Shown in pieces: positions 14,291 through 28,409 of a stretch of DNA of 64,000 bases. Where the stretch lies: the NCBI RefSeq assembly GCF_009834535.1, contig NC_045697.1, forward strand, positions 57,104,001-57,168,000. The letters are read 5' to 3'. Positions within the stretch are counted from its first letter, which is position 1, and each line of letters begins with the position of its first letter. A model generated the notes under the pieces. It saw only the letters and a list, made by a program, of their open reading frames with translations, did no database searches and was not told the DNA's origin. Source of the DNA: Camelus ferus (taxonomy: Eukaryota). Both the position numbers and the translations under genes were made by a program.

Positions 14291-16441
14291 ATGAGAATAT
14301 AACTGGTATTACCATTAAGGAAAATGAAGAGGTGGCAAGCTTACACATCAGGGATACTTAGGCAATTAATATTGATTCAATATTTTGCAGGGCATTTTGT
14401 AATTCACTGTCAGCTAGCATTTTCTTGTAGATACAGCTGCATAAGTAAATCTTACCATAACATAGAAATAACCAACTTGTTACATGGATTATAAAAGTCA
14501 GTAAGTGTGACATGCAGTTGCTCTTTGCATCAGGCTGGGCCTGTGTTCTCTCCTTTGTTAGTTAATTAACTAATCTCATTTTAAAAATAGGTGTGGTAAA
14601 GATACTGAACAGCACTGGAAAGACAGGAAAATTTGAGAGAGATTTTAGAGAGAGATTTATATATTATGCTTGAAGAATTATATATTTCTAAATTTCAGAG
14701 ACATGTATATCAAATCAAAGAGTGTATGTATCTTTAAATAGTCACATATGTTTAAGCTGTCTACTTTCTCCTTATTCTGTTGATGTATGCAAGTTGGCCA
14801 TACCTGTGTAGCATTTTGTTAATCTCAGGTCCCCACTCAGTAATGTATTTTCTCTTCCCTAAAGGAACAGTCAACAGAGTTTCAGTATTAAATCTACTAT
14901 TTACAAACTAGTTTAATGGCATCATAAAAACATTCACAAAATAGCATGAAAAGGTCAGCTATAACTGGCTAAATCTTCTTGCCTTTTAAATATATGGGTG
15001 ACCAGCATATACCCAAAAGCTCTGAGTTTGAAAATTAGCTGCTGAGCATGCACTGCAGTTAATTTTCCTAGCTGTTTAAATATGATGCATCAGCAACATA
15101 ATAAACCATACCTCTGCATAATAAACCCTACTTTGATGCAAATCAATAGGCAGTAGGGCTGTATAAAAAGAAACTAAATACATGGAAACTGTAAGATACT
15201 TATGAATAGCCAGCATGCATGCATCACAAAATTAAATCATTTTTGATATGAATGTTGGAGCAAACTAGAAATAGCTAACTGTATTACAAATAATATAAAA
15301 CAAATATAAGACAATCAAGTAGGACTTAGATAATAGGAGTCCAACACCATCACATGGTTGTTTCCTAGGTAACCAGACAGTAGAATAAAAACATCTCAGT
15401 CAAAACTGCAAGCACCATAATTTTAAACATGCTTTTGTACTTAAATTTTTATTGATCCACAAGAACAAAATTCAATTTAAATAAAACCTAGAGATAGGAA
15501 AAAAGAGAGTTATCCCATACTGGTATCAACACATTACTCCAGAAGTAGTAGTTACTGCCTGTTAGTTTTTGTAGGTTAGATAATCTGATGAATTTGCCTT
15601 AACACACATTCATTTTCTGGTTTGGTCGAATTGAATTGAAAAGAAAATGCCATGAAAGTAAAGCTATCGCTAATTCTTCTCTCTCCAACCTTCTTAAACA
15701 ATTCAGTCTTCTGAGCAACTTTAATATTAAATTAAATAATCATTGGAATGCTGGATGTAGCACAGAAATTGTTGCTGCTTTTGATATACGTGTGTTCTTA
15801 ATAGATTTGAATGACTTCAGTGTTAGCTGAAAGACTGGTGAATTTTAAGAACCTCAAATAAAAGCTGTGCTGGATAAAGCACCAAATTACAAAGGGCTGA
15901 GTCAGAAGAGTGCTGTATTCTGTCTTAAAATGTCCCCTTTTATCATTTTATAACGGAAAAGCATTTGATTTTCTAGTGCTTTCCCCTCCTCAGTGGTAGA
16001 ATATATATCAATAACAATATCTGCCAATTGCTTGTTTATACAAAGGAAAAACAAATCAAAAGGAATGTTGTTAGTTTGCACTTTTTATTCACTCTTAATT
16101 TATTCTAAACTTTTAATTCTGTTTCACCTCATGCTCTTGTGTATTCAAGACACTCCACTGTGTAGTCTGGGGTACACAGAATTACCAGAAGTATACCTAT
16201 TTTATGTTTTGGCAATAACTGATTCAGATACTTTCTTCCAATGAAACTCCTTTTTTCTCTTTAATATTGTTTTGTAAATGTACTCTAATGCAGGCTATTA
16301 CACTGAATTCCTAAATATGTAATGGGTGATAATATGATAATGTTATTTCTCTAGTAAAACATAACATAATCACTTATTCATTCATGTCTTTGCCAGACTT
16401 TGATTACCTAGCCTGTAGAAGGTACTATGCCAGATGATGGG

Positions 16442-16466
16442 GTGTGTGTGTGTGTGTGTGTGTGTG
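16442..16466. repeat. (GT)n microsatellite
   Basis: Direct reading of the GT run. Confidence 0.95.
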
Positions 16467-19306
16467 ACTATGACAAAGTAAATCCCATTAAGCAGCCTTG
16501 TCTTGTGGAAATTTTTACTATTAGCAGAAACTACACCTAGGTTATTTCTATTCCTCTCATACTAACACTTTAGCATAAATGCCATCTTTATATTGCAAAT
16601 GAGAAGGCAGAGGATTAAATAACTCAGCCATTGTTAATTTGGAGAGCAAACAAACAAATCAACCAGATATGTCTCTCATGGCTTTTACACCTAAAGGAAA
16701 ACAAAACATACAATCAAGTAAGAAAAAAAAACAAAACAAAACAGAACCCCAGATATACCATGCAAGTAGAACCTCAGAGGAAATACCTGATTCAGAAAGT
16801 ACTTGTAGACTTAATTTCCAGTCCTGTGAGAGATCAAGTGTATTCAACACGGAGATAAACATTTTTTTTCTTATCTCAGAATTTTAGATAAAGCCACACA
16901 ATTAGGGAATATAGGCAATTAGCTCCTCTTTAGCCCAAAGAGAGTGCTAAGAAACTGCAGTTCAGAGCTCCAATGCTTATCATAAAGTGACCAAATTGAA
17001 AATCTTTAACTCTCACTTCACTACCAGAACCAGCCCATATAAAGAAAAATCCGGAAATTCAAAGGGAAGTTCTATATTTTGTTGGCCTGAGTTTTTGCTT
17101 CCCTTCATTGGTTCAGATGAGGATGGCTCAATGCTATCTGCTCTTAGAGAATTTTCTTGTCTAGATGAACAGGCATTTGCTATCGCTTTTCCCTCTTGGA
17201 TTACTAGAAAGCTAGAGAAGCCAACAGGCATACCCAAATGCAGTGAGGTAGCAGATGAAAGAAAGTTTTTAGAAGAGCTTGATGTGTGTGCCTTAGAATA
17301 GAGAGACAGAAAAACAGATTCATGATTTTCACATGAAGAATCCAGAACATAAAAACATGGCTCGAGTAACCCATGAAAGCTGGGAGGAAAGAAAAAGCAG
17401 TTGCAGAACTAATAATTCTGGCATCACTTGGTATGGCAAGAAGTAGTCTCCTGTGGGCTTTCGCTTTGTTGACATATGATCCCTGGAGCTCCTGCATCCC
17501 CATCATAGTATGCTCACCCCTTCTTCCTGGACCTTTTACACCTCCTCATATTCCAGAAATTAAAGGAGCAATAAATTGCTGCTCCTTCCAGCGTAAGGAT
17601 TATGAAACAAAACCAGAAATGTTCTTTATTTCACTGTTTAACACAACCCAGATATATACTGGGGAAGAGCCAATGTAAATCAAGGGTCATGTATTGCTAA
17701 GAACTCTGTCAAACTGTTATTTTTCTTCAGGTAACAGGAATTTTTTCAGGTATATACTAAAAGGAAAAATACCATGCAGCTCTGACTTTTTCCTGTTTTC
17801 AATCCAGGCTGTGCAATATTGTTTTCTTCTCTTCCTGTATAAGGATTTTGACAATTCTTTAAGCCAGTGCATTCATTCATTATAGCTCTAATTAGATCTC
17901 TCATTTAAATAATATATCATCAGAATTACAAAAATCATGTAATAATATTTGAATGATAATTGACTAAATCATAGTTACTTCTACTAAAGATGACAATAAT
18001 AAAATGTCATATTTATTTGAATTATCTAGATTTTTATTTGCATCTAATCCTCATGCTGTTATTTATCTGATTGTTATAATGAAAACTGATATATTAATGA
18101 ATTATAGTTCAGGCATTCAATTCAGAAGAAATAAGAATATTTCATTCACCATTTTACATACATTTATCTCCTTATTTATTGAAAAATATGTGTAAAAATA
18201 GAGCAGTTTCAGAAATACTGGTTGAAACCAAGGGGTGAACTAAAAAGTTTAGACTCTGAAGTTGTAAATGATTAAAATTTAAAGAGTAAGATACGAAATT
18301 CTGAAAAACTGAGAATACTGAAAAACACAAAATATTCAGTCGGTATAAAACATAACTTATTTTTACTCAAATATGCCTCTAGTACAACTGAATGTACAGT
18401 CATATTGTGATTAAACTTACAAAAAGTGGTTGCATTGTTCATTATTTCATAGTGCAGAATCATTTCAACAGAAGTAAAGAAAATATTTTGTTAATTTCAT
18501 GCATAACCAGAATAATATCAAATTGGAAAATTGATTATTTTTACTGATTAACAAATTAAATGTCCATTTCTGGCATCAAGTAAACATAATTGCAATTTAA
18601 ACATAAGATTTAAATAAACTGAAAAACATGCATGCAGTTATGAGAACTTTTATATTTTGACATGTTTCTCTTGATTCTTTTCAATGGGAAGGGAAGATAA
18701 TTGATTTGAGAAGAGTGAGTTTGAAATGTGTTTAAAATGTTTGAATTGTGTTGCCCAGGCAAGCACAAGGTAAACTCTCTTTCAAGGACCTTCTGATAAT
18801 ATTACAAATACAGTTTCAAAACTAGGGATCTAGAATAAAGGGAAATGACCCCAAGAAATGATTGAGTTTGTTTTCTGAGAGAAGGGTACTGTTGTTTTAT
18901 GTACTATTTTGTAATTTGGCATAAGAAATATAGTAAGACTGTACTTCTTCAACTAAGTGAAAATTTAATTGAAGTAATGGTTATTACTTTTTTCACAGAT
19001 TCCTAGTGGCACCAACAGAACAACTTTAAAAAGCTTTGAGGGTCTTCTTAAGACCAAATCATTTTCTTAAACAGTTTCCTTTTCTGTTGTTCTGTTTCTT
19101 ATGATCTTATACTTTCTTTGCTATCCATGGTACAACATTTAGACTAAAGGGAAAATGACATTGCACCAAAGATTCTATGCCTTAATGTTATAATCCAAGC
19201 GAAAGAAGTTCTTCAAGCAAACCAGACAATTATAACACTTTTATTACACTTTGAGATTAAAACCTAACAGTAATAGATTTTTATTAAGTTATAGCTTCTA
19301 ATTATT

Positions 19307-19310
<4 letters not shown>

Positions 19311-19370
<60 letters not shown>
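19311..19370. repeat. (AT)30 perfect microsatellite
   Basis: 60 nt of uninterrupted AT dinucleotides. Confidence 0.97.
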
Positions 19371-19373
<3 letters not shown>

Positions 19374-19967
19374 GGAGTGGTCAAGACTTGCAGAATCCTA
19401 TCATGCATACTTTTAATTCTTGTCTTCTATTCCCAATAGTAAGAGGGATGTTTTAAAGTTAAAACTCTATTAAAACAGCAAATTTCAAAATCTTGGAAAT
19501 TTGAACTCTGGATAAAAATGTTAACTTAGGCAGATATCCAGCATACTATGAAAAAGATAGGTCATCTAACTGCAGAGATTCTGTGTCTACAGATACCAAT
19601 TTTTAAAAATTACACATAATTTGTTGCATTCATATATTAATTACTAATAATAGTAGTCACAGCTAACACTGATTTTGTTATTTTTATGTGTCAGGTGTTA
19701 ATGCTGAGAGCTTTGTACACATTTAAGTTGCCGTCAAATTCTTATGAAGACGCATGTAGCTGGCATTCACACCCAAATCTGTTTATCTTTAGAGTCAGCA
19801 TCCTCAACCACTACACCAAAGTGAATTAAAATATGAAAGTAAGCTTTCTTGGCCTGGTGAGCTGCAAAAACCAAACAAATTAAACTAAGTGTTCCAGAAA
19901 GCACGTTATGCTGGTTATTACTGGCAGGGTTCCCTGTTTTCTTTTTGTCAGGTTAATGCTACACACT

Positions 19968-20375
19968 CTGTCCAAGTCCAAGTTCCCTGGAAACAGAATC
20001 AGAGAAAGAGATTTGCATGAACAAAGTTTATTAGAATACTCTTAGCAACCATATTTATGAGGTAGTAAAGGAAGCAGAGTGGAACAGAGACACATTGAAC
20101 TCTGAAGTAATTACAAATCAGGTTCAGCCAACACCCAATGGGAAACTAGCAGCTGGTAGGCCATTCAGAATTGTCCCAATTGAGCCCAGGGGCTCAAATG
20201 TTTATAACTTCATATAAGCCAGACTCTAGACTGTGGTCCACACCCAAAGAGGTATGCTTGAGTGAGGCTGCTTTCTTTCATGAAGGGCAATCTCCAGTGT
20301 AAGAAGTAGGTTTGAGTTCATAGAAGCCAACACTCTAGAGGAGATGTGGGAAGCACAATGCCACATCCACTTAAC
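19968..20375 (-). mobile_element. ERVL-type LTR (LTR16/LTR33-like)
   Basis: GTTCCCTGGAAACAGAATCAGAGAAAGAGATTTGCATGAACAAAGTTTATT is the reverse complement of an LTR16-like 3' end with AATAAA. Confidence 0.6.
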
Positions 20376-21039
20376 ATTTGCAAAAAGTCAATTTTGGAAT
20401 GCTTGCCCATTCACAAGATGTACCACAAAGTTCTTTCTAATTATCTTTCTAATTATATCTTTCCAAACTTATGTCACCAAATAGAGTAATTATTCTATTA
20501 GGCAAGCTATAATTTATACTAAAAAATGAATCCATTAATTTTTCTATTGGATACTCTAGACAATTTGACAGTATAAGACTTCCAGTACTTGGTATCGACC
20601 CTGAACCTTCAGTATATAAAATTGTGTGTTTTTATTAAAAGAGCATTTTAAAAAATGTGATAACTTTTATGAATCTGAAAAAAATTAGATATTTTCTCTT
20701 ATTTTGAGTTTAGATCAATCAAATATTTAAATTTTATGATGAGATTTAGTTTACCTAAATCCAATAATTTGGTCTAAAATACCAAGTTTTTGTTTGCCTG
20801 TTTATTTTTCCTCAGATTTCTAGGAATTTTTTCTATTTAGGTCAAAAATTTTCAGTTTGTCATTGAAACCACCTAGATGACCAGAATATATGAAACATCT
20901 ATCCACAAATTGACCTACTGCATCAAGTCACATTTCAAAGCTATCTGATTCATTAAACACTTTCATTATTTTTTAATGTTGATATTAAATGCTACTGACA
21001 CTTCATGTTCCTATAAAGCTGTTTTTCCACCAGGAAAGA

Positions 21040-21310
21040 CAGCTAATGACAGATGTGGCTACAAAGCAGTCATTAAAATTGGTGTCTAAAGGCAAAGGCC
21101 TTGAGTAAAAAGACAGCCTTTTCCAGCGAATATTGGCTTCAGAATTCCCCACTGGCATGACTAAAGCATGAGGTTGGGCCTGCATCATTTCAACTTTTGG
21201 CCCTATGCAATCCTGCTTTCTCACCTTTTATGTGTGTTGATCTCTAACAAATATCTTTTACCTCAAACTCCTTGTCAGCATCAATTTCAAAAAAAAAATC
21301 CGAGATGCAA
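21040..21310 (+). mobile_element. ERVL-type LTR fragment (LTR16/LTR33-like)
   Basis: CAATCCTGCTTTCTC..GTTGATCTCTAACAAATATCTTTTACCTCAAACTCCTTGTCAGCATC resembles the LTR16-family 3' portion. Confidence 0.5.
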
Positions 21311-21479
21311 TACCATTTATGTTCATATATTTGCATGATATATATGTATATATATTTACATATATACATATAGGTACAGTAAGATAAATATATACATTAG
21401 ATACTTAGATTACTAGACAGATTTATTTAGATGTATAGATATTTACCTAACAATAGTTATGTCTAGATAAAAGAAGCAT

Positions 21480-22092
21480 CTGGGAGGCAAAATCCTAATG
21501 GTCCTCAATGTTCTTGTCCCTTGTACATATGCCCTATATAATCCCCTCTTCTTGAGAGTGGGAGAACTTATAAATATGATGGGATATCACTTCCAAGGTT
21601 ACGTCCCAAATCAGTTGATTTGAGTCAGTCAAAAGAATTGATTTAGTTTAATCAAGTGATTCTTTAAAAGGGACAAAGTATTTCCTGAAGGAAGAATTGA
21701 AGCATAAGAGAAATTCTGCTGCTGGTCCTGAAGAAGTAAGTTGTGGAGTTGTGAGGGCCTCTGGAAGAGGCCACATGAAAGAAACCTAAGAGTGGCCTCT
21801 AGGAACAGTAGTCCCTGTTGACATTTAGCAAGAGAAGGAAGGTATCAGGCCTACGTGAAGAAAATACATTCTCTCAACAACCTGAGGGAGTTTAGGGTGG
21901 ATCTTTCCCTAGTTAAGCCTCCAGGTTAAACTCAATCAACTGATACCTTGATTTCAGCCTATGAGACCCTGAGCAGACTCAGTTTTAATATCCCAGAGGC
22001 CTGACCCATAGAAACTGTGAGATAATAATTTTTTGTTGTTTTAATCTACTAAATTTCTAGTAATTTGTTACACAGATTAAAGAACTAATATA
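21480..22092 (+). mobile_element. MaLR solo LTR (MLT1E/F-like)
   Basis: Contains TAATCCCCTCTTCTTGAGAGTGGG..ATGATGGGATATCACTTCC at the start and GATACCTTGATTTCAGCCTATGAGACCCTGAGCAGA..GAAACTGTGAGATAATAA..GTAATTTGTTACACAG..AACTAATATA at the end. Confidence 0.85.
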
Positions 22093-25000
22093 AGAAAGAT
22101 TGGGCAGACTTTAACTTTTAAATCCATGCTCTTATAATTTGAATTTTTCATACTAACTCTATATTATAGATTTATGTATATGGTAACAATAAATATAAAT
22201 AAAATTGAAGAAATCATGTTAAATTGTAGTCAGTATTTTGGTAAAAATATTTTGTTAATGCCCAAGATAGAAAGCTTTAGCAATTAACTAACTCTCTTAT
22301 AAGATTTTATAAACGTCTCAGAATAGATTTCCATGTAAAATTAATACAAACATATTACAGAAAGTGTAACATACCTTAGACTGACATCTATAGCTTGTGC
22401 CCTAAAAAATCCCCTCCAGGTCCCTTTCTTGAAATTTCTAAATGTAAATGTGGAATGCTAATTTTGAAATTTTCATTATATAAGAACAAACCTCTAGGTG
22501 CAATTTTACATTGCAAATACATTATAAACATTATTGAGGAAGTAGATGGAAGTCTTTGATTTTTGGTTGTAACTCTGTGTTTTAGACAATTTATCCCCTG
22601 CCGTCATTTTATCCCCTTTAGCACAATCTTCAGTTAAGCTCACATTTGCCATCTTTTATGTGTCCACAGCATGCCATGCTCTTCTACACCTCTGTGCCTT
22701 TGATTGTAGTGTGCTGTTTCTTAATCTTCTGCCACTAATTTGCTGAGAATACTATTCATCCTTTATGGACTTCCTCATAAACTAATTGGATTATTTACCC
22801 TGTTACTCAACTTCAATTGTTTTTTGCCTTAACAATTTGCTTTTGTGCAGAATGAACAATCCTCCAGAGTAAGATATGTGGATAAGTGATTTATAAAAGG
22901 TAGAAGCTCAAAACTGTTTTCTGAATAAAAAGGTGAAATTATTTATGTGCTATGAATAATTTTCAGTCACAAGAAACCTCCTGTTTTTGTGAAGTAACTT
23001 CTGTTAAATGAATATTTTGCTCTCTGACATAGTATTCTTCATCATACTGGATTTTAAAATATTTTGGGTTTTGTTGTGGTTTTGTTCTACTGTCTTAAAA
23101 ATTTTGTTGTATCAAAACCAGGGAAATGATGAATCATTTATGAATTATGTTGCCTCTTTTTGAATAAGTTCTTCCTTAAAGACTTTAAGGAAAGTCTTTG
23201 TTTTACTAGCTGCCATCATCATTACAATGGCAGTTTTATAAGTCTTTGAGAAAAATTTTGGTGACTTACTAAGACATTGGGAGTTACTGAGGATACTTAG
23301 ATTCATAGAATAATCTAAATTATTTAGGACCGGGCTCTATATAGGAATTGTACTAAATATTTGCTGTACAAAATGAGCCTACTATCACTTTCTCTCAAAG
23401 AGTACAAAGCATTATCTCAGTAATATATTACTCCTGTGAATCCCTCCCAGAGGAATTCATCATGACACATGGAACATTTGAGCACTTTCCCACTCTCTAT
23501 GTAATATGTATTAAGTAAATTCTCAAAGTTAGTGGAGGCTAGAAGAATTTTAGTAATAGTGAAATAAGCAAAATACACTCCGTAATATCAATGACAATGC
23601 TAAAAAAAACTTTTTCAAAATCATTTTTAGAACTCCAGAAATTAATTAATGGCTTGCAAAATATGAGAAATGTTTATTTGATTAAAATTTTGAATCTTGC
23701 TTTAAAAAGAGAGAGTTCTAGCCATTTTAATTGCCCTAATCCCTTTTCTTCTCCTTACATCTACAGTAACTTTGAAAACCAACAACCTCAATACCATGAT
23801 AGCTACAAAACCATGTAACATAGCAGTCACTGGAGCGAGCAGAATGGGGTTTTAGCACCTAAAGACAACCATCCCAAGAGAATTATCAGTATTTCTCCGA
23901 TATCTCAGTGAAAAGCTCAATTCATAGGGACTATGATTATTTGTCCTGATTCAGAGCTCAAGCTAAATGAAAAACCCTATTCCCCAGGTATTTGTCAAAA
24001 ACAGTAAGTGGTGTCTGTTTAACATTCCAGCTGCCTGATGTGATAATAGTTGGGAGTAAGAAGAGGATAGTCAAAAAATAATAAAGGTACAACTGCAGAA
24101 TAGGATATCCATAGGGGAATTTTAAAACTACAGCATATTTCCAGGACCTATGTGCATGCCCAGGAAAGGCCTCAGAAGACCTGAAACTTTAACTTCTTGC
24201 TGACCTTAAAGCTCAGTACAAGCAGCAAATAGAGACTAAGGCAGAGCTGTAAACAGTTTGCTAGGTAAATAAGAGTGTAACTCAACACACACACACATTC
24301 ACACACACAGGTGTACAAACATGGTTATTGGCAAAGGCTAAGATTTTTTGGTTGCAAGAATTTAAGAAAATATCTTAAAGTAGGGAGTAGGGAAAAAATA
24401 TATTTTTTCCAGAATTGCCACAATATATTACTTAAAATAAAACAAATTGTAACAAAAAATTATGACATAAAAATTAACAGGAAATTATGGCCAATACACA
24501 TGAGAAAAAGTAAACAGTCAATAAAAACTATCTCTGAGGAAAGCCAGATATAGGAATTACTAGAGAAATTCTTTAAATCAGTTATTACAAATATTTTTAA
24601 CTAAAGGAAATCATGAAAGAAAGACTAGAATAATGTCTCACCAAATAGACAATAACAATAAAGTAACAGAAGTTATAAAAATTAAATAAATAGAAATATT
24701 GGAGCTGATAAGTCCAATGACTAAAAAAAATTCTGTAGAAGACTCCACAGTAGATTTGAACTGGCAGAAGAGAGAATTAATATACTTAAAGAAAGTGCCA
24801 CTCAGGTTATTTAGTCTGCAGGACAGAAAGAAAAATAGAGTAAGGAAAAAATACCACAATCTTGGTATCTTTTGGATTTTATCAAAAGTTTCACCATTGG
24901 CATTATGAAAATTCCATAAGGAGAGGACAAAAAAAGGAGGAAAGAACATTTTTTTAAATGTTAAATCTTTACAAATTTGATGTAGAATTTTAATCTGCAC

Positions 25001-25134
25001 ATCCAAGAAACTCAAGAAACTCCAAGATCAACAGAAAGAGGCCTACATGTAGACAGACAATAGTCAAACTGTCAGAAACTGAGTCAAAGAAAGGAACTTG
25101 AACACAGTAAGATAAAAAATAATTCATCATATTT

Positions 25135-25656
25135 TGCTGGGGATTCTGTAGCTGGTACAGTAAACTAAGAATATAAAGATTAAGACTTGCTGATTGAGGA
25201 TGAACAAGCCACCCACATGGGGTTGGCAGGTAGCTTCTTCAGCATTTGATCTACCAGTGGAAAGTGAAAACGCTGGAAGAATTTTGATTGAAGGCACAGC
25301 TTCAGTACACCCACACAAAGAAAGTAAAGCTACAATATTTATTACTTACAAATCCCAGAAATGGGGAATTGTGCAGGGTAAGGATAGTCCTCTGTCCCAG
25401 GTCATAAGTAAGTAAACAGATATAGCAGGTAGCAGACACCTATTACTTATAACGTGGTTGGGGCAGCAGTTACTAACTTTTCATGCGCTCAACTCTAGCT
25501 CTAAGTGGCTATTTTAACAGGTGCCCTAAGAAAAATGAGCAGGAACTTGTGGTGAGAATCCTAATCTCAGGTTCTTACTGAAATGAGCCAACTCTGGGTG
25601 TGAGCAGGGTCACCACATTGTAAAATGCCTAGGAAGCAAAAAACAGCTGTTTTCTC
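25135..25656 (-). mobile_element. ERV solo LTR nested in L1 ORF1
   Basis: A GC-richer TG...CA-bounded block interrupts A-rich L1 ORF1. TTTATT (AATAAA on the minus strand) lies at ~25338, and L1 resumes at TCACACATGAAAGGAA. Confidence 0.65.
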
Positions 25657-25895
25657 ATCACACATGAAAGGAATTCTCAATAACATGAACAGAAGGTTTT
25701 TCTTTAGAAACCATAGAGGTCAGAATGCATGAGGTAACATATTCCATATGCTGAAAGACTCTTAACCAAAAATTTTATACCCAACAAAACTCTCCTTCAA
25801 AAGAAAGAAAATAAAATGTTCCTAAATAAACAAAAACTGAGATAGTCTGTCATGGTAAGGCACATCCTATAAGAAATATTAAAAGAGTCCTTCAG

Positions 25896-26798
25896 TGAAG
25901 ACATACAAATGGCCAATAGGCACATGGGAAAATGCTCAGTATCACTAATTATGAGAGAAATGCAAGTCAAAACTACAATGAGGTATCACCTCACACCAGT
26001 CAGATGGCTATCATTCAAAAGTCCACAAATGATAAATGCTAGAGAGGATGTGGAGTAAAGGGAACCCTCCTAAACTGCTGGCGGAAATGTAGTTTGGCGT
26101 AGTCATTACGGAAAACAGTATGGAAATTCCTCAAAAAACTAAAAACAGACTTAATCATATGATCCAGCAACCCCACTCCTGGACATATATCAAGAGGGAA
26201 TTCTAATTCGAAAACATACATGCACCCCAGTGTTCATACAATATATACAATAGCCAAGACATGGAAACACTGTAAATGTCCATTGACAGAGGACTGGATA
26301 AAGAAGTTGCATTATATTTATACAATGGAATACTACTCAATCATAAAAAAAGAATAAAATAATGCCACTTGCAGCAACATGGGTAGACCTAGAGATCGTC
26401 ATTCTAAGTGAAGTAAGCCAGAAAGAGAAAGAAAAATATCATATGATATCTCTCATATGTGGAATCTGAAAAAAGAAGAAAAGAAAACACTACTGAACTC
26501 ATCTACAAAATAGAAACAGACTCGCAGCCATAATAAACAATCTTGTGGTTACTGGGGGGAGGAGGGTAGGAAGGGATAAATTTGGGAGTTTGAGATTTGT
26601 AAATGTTAGCCACTATATATAAAAATAGATTTAAAAAAACCCAAATTTCTCCTGTATAGCACAGGGAACTATACTTATAATCTTGTAATTACCTTTAATG
26701 AAAAAGAATATGAAAGTGAAGATATGTATGCATTTGCATGGCTGGGACACCAGAAATGGACATATTATAACTGACTGTACTTCAATTAAAAATAAAAT
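25896..26798 (+). mobile_element. Younger 5'-truncated LINE-1 3' end with TSD
   Basis: Well-preserved ORF2 C-terminus ([16 protein letters not shown]), a 3' UTR with a G-rich tract, and an A-rich tail. TSD AAAAGAGTCCTTCAG (25881-25895) / AAAATAGTCCTTTAG (26799-26813). Confidence 0.92.
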
Positions 26799-27509
26799 AA
26801 AATAGTCCTTTAGACTGACATGAATGGTCAATAACAGTAACTCAAATCTATGTGAAAAATAAAGAGCATTGGCAAATGTAACTATATAACTAAACATAAA
26901 ATATTGTATGAATGTATTTTTGTTTGCAACTCACTTCTCCTGTATTGAAATACAACTAAAAAAGCAATGACTATAAAACTGGATTCAAGGATTTATTATA
27001 TATTATACATATATTATTTATTATATATTGTATATATGCATAAATATACAAGCTATATGAAAATAATAGTACAAAGGATGGGAAATGGAGTTAAATTACA
27101 GCCAAGTTTTTGTACACTACTGAAATTGATTTGGTTTTATTCCAAATTGGAGTAAATTAAGTTGTTAATTATAACTCTCAGTAAAACTAGCAATAAAAAA
27201 CTGAAAATTTTAAAATATTATGAAAAATACCATGAAATATCATGAAAAAAACATGAAAAAATCTAAAGGGAATTAAAATGGTATATTAGAAAATATCTAT
27301 TTGACACAAAAGACATGTAATGGAGGAAAGAAGAACCAAAAAGACATCAGACATACAGAAAACAAACAGCAAAATGACAGGCATAACTTTTCCTTATAAA
27401 TAACTACATTAAGTGTAAAGGGACTAAACTTTTCAATTAAAGGGCAAAACATGACCCAGTAAATGCTTTGTGCAAGAGACACATTACAATGAAAGGCACA
27501 ACTAGTTTG

Positions 27510-28409
27510 ACACATGAAAAGATCCTTACTCATCATTAGGGAAATGCAAATCAACACCACAATGAGATATCACTTCACACCTATTAGAACAGCTATTATC
27601 AAAAAGATGAGAAAGAAAAAAAAATTGGCAAGGATGTGGAGAAAAGGGAACCCTCACGCACTGTTGGTGGGATTGTAAATTGGTACAGCAACTATGAAAA
27701 AGAATACGAAGGGTCTTAACAAAATTAAAAATAGTATTGCCACAGCTCCAACATTTTCACTTCTGGGTATTTGCCCAAAGAAAACAAAAACACTAATTCG
27801 GAAAGATATATGCAAACCAATGTTCATTGCAGCATTGTTTACAGTAGCCAAGATATGGAAGCAACCTAAGTGTCCATCAATAGATAAATAGATAAAAAAA
27901 GATGTGGTATATAAATGTAAAAGAATATTAGTCACCAATAAATAAGAAATATCACCATTTGAGACTACATGGATGGATCTAGAAGTTATTATGCCAAGTG
28001 CAATAAAGTAGACAGAGAAAGACAAATACCATACGATCTCACTTATACGTGGAATCTAAAAAACAAAACAAATAAACATAACAAAAATAGATTCATAGAT
28101 ACAAAGGAAAAAAGAGGTGGGTGCCAGAGGGGAAGAAGATAAGATTGCAAAAAGGGCAAAAAAGGTTAAGGGGATTAAGAGGTACAAACCTTCAGCTGAA
28201 AAATACATAAGCCACAGGGAGGTAATACACAGCTTAAGAAATATGGTCAATGATTTTGTAATGACTTTGGGGACAGATGGTTACTAGACTTACAATGGTG
28301 ATTATTTCATAGTGTATGCAAATGTCAAATCACAATGTAGTACACCTGAAATTAACATTATATTGTATACCAACTATGTTTCAATAAAAAAAAAAACCCC
28401 ACAAAAAAA
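27510..28409 (+). mobile_element. 5'-truncated LINE-1 3' end (L1MA-like) nested in older L1
   Basis: ORF2 C-terminus DICKPMFIAALFTVAKIWKQPKCPS, a 3' UTR and a CAATAAAAAAAAAAA tail. The host L1 endonuclease sequence resumes afterwards. Confidence 0.9.
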
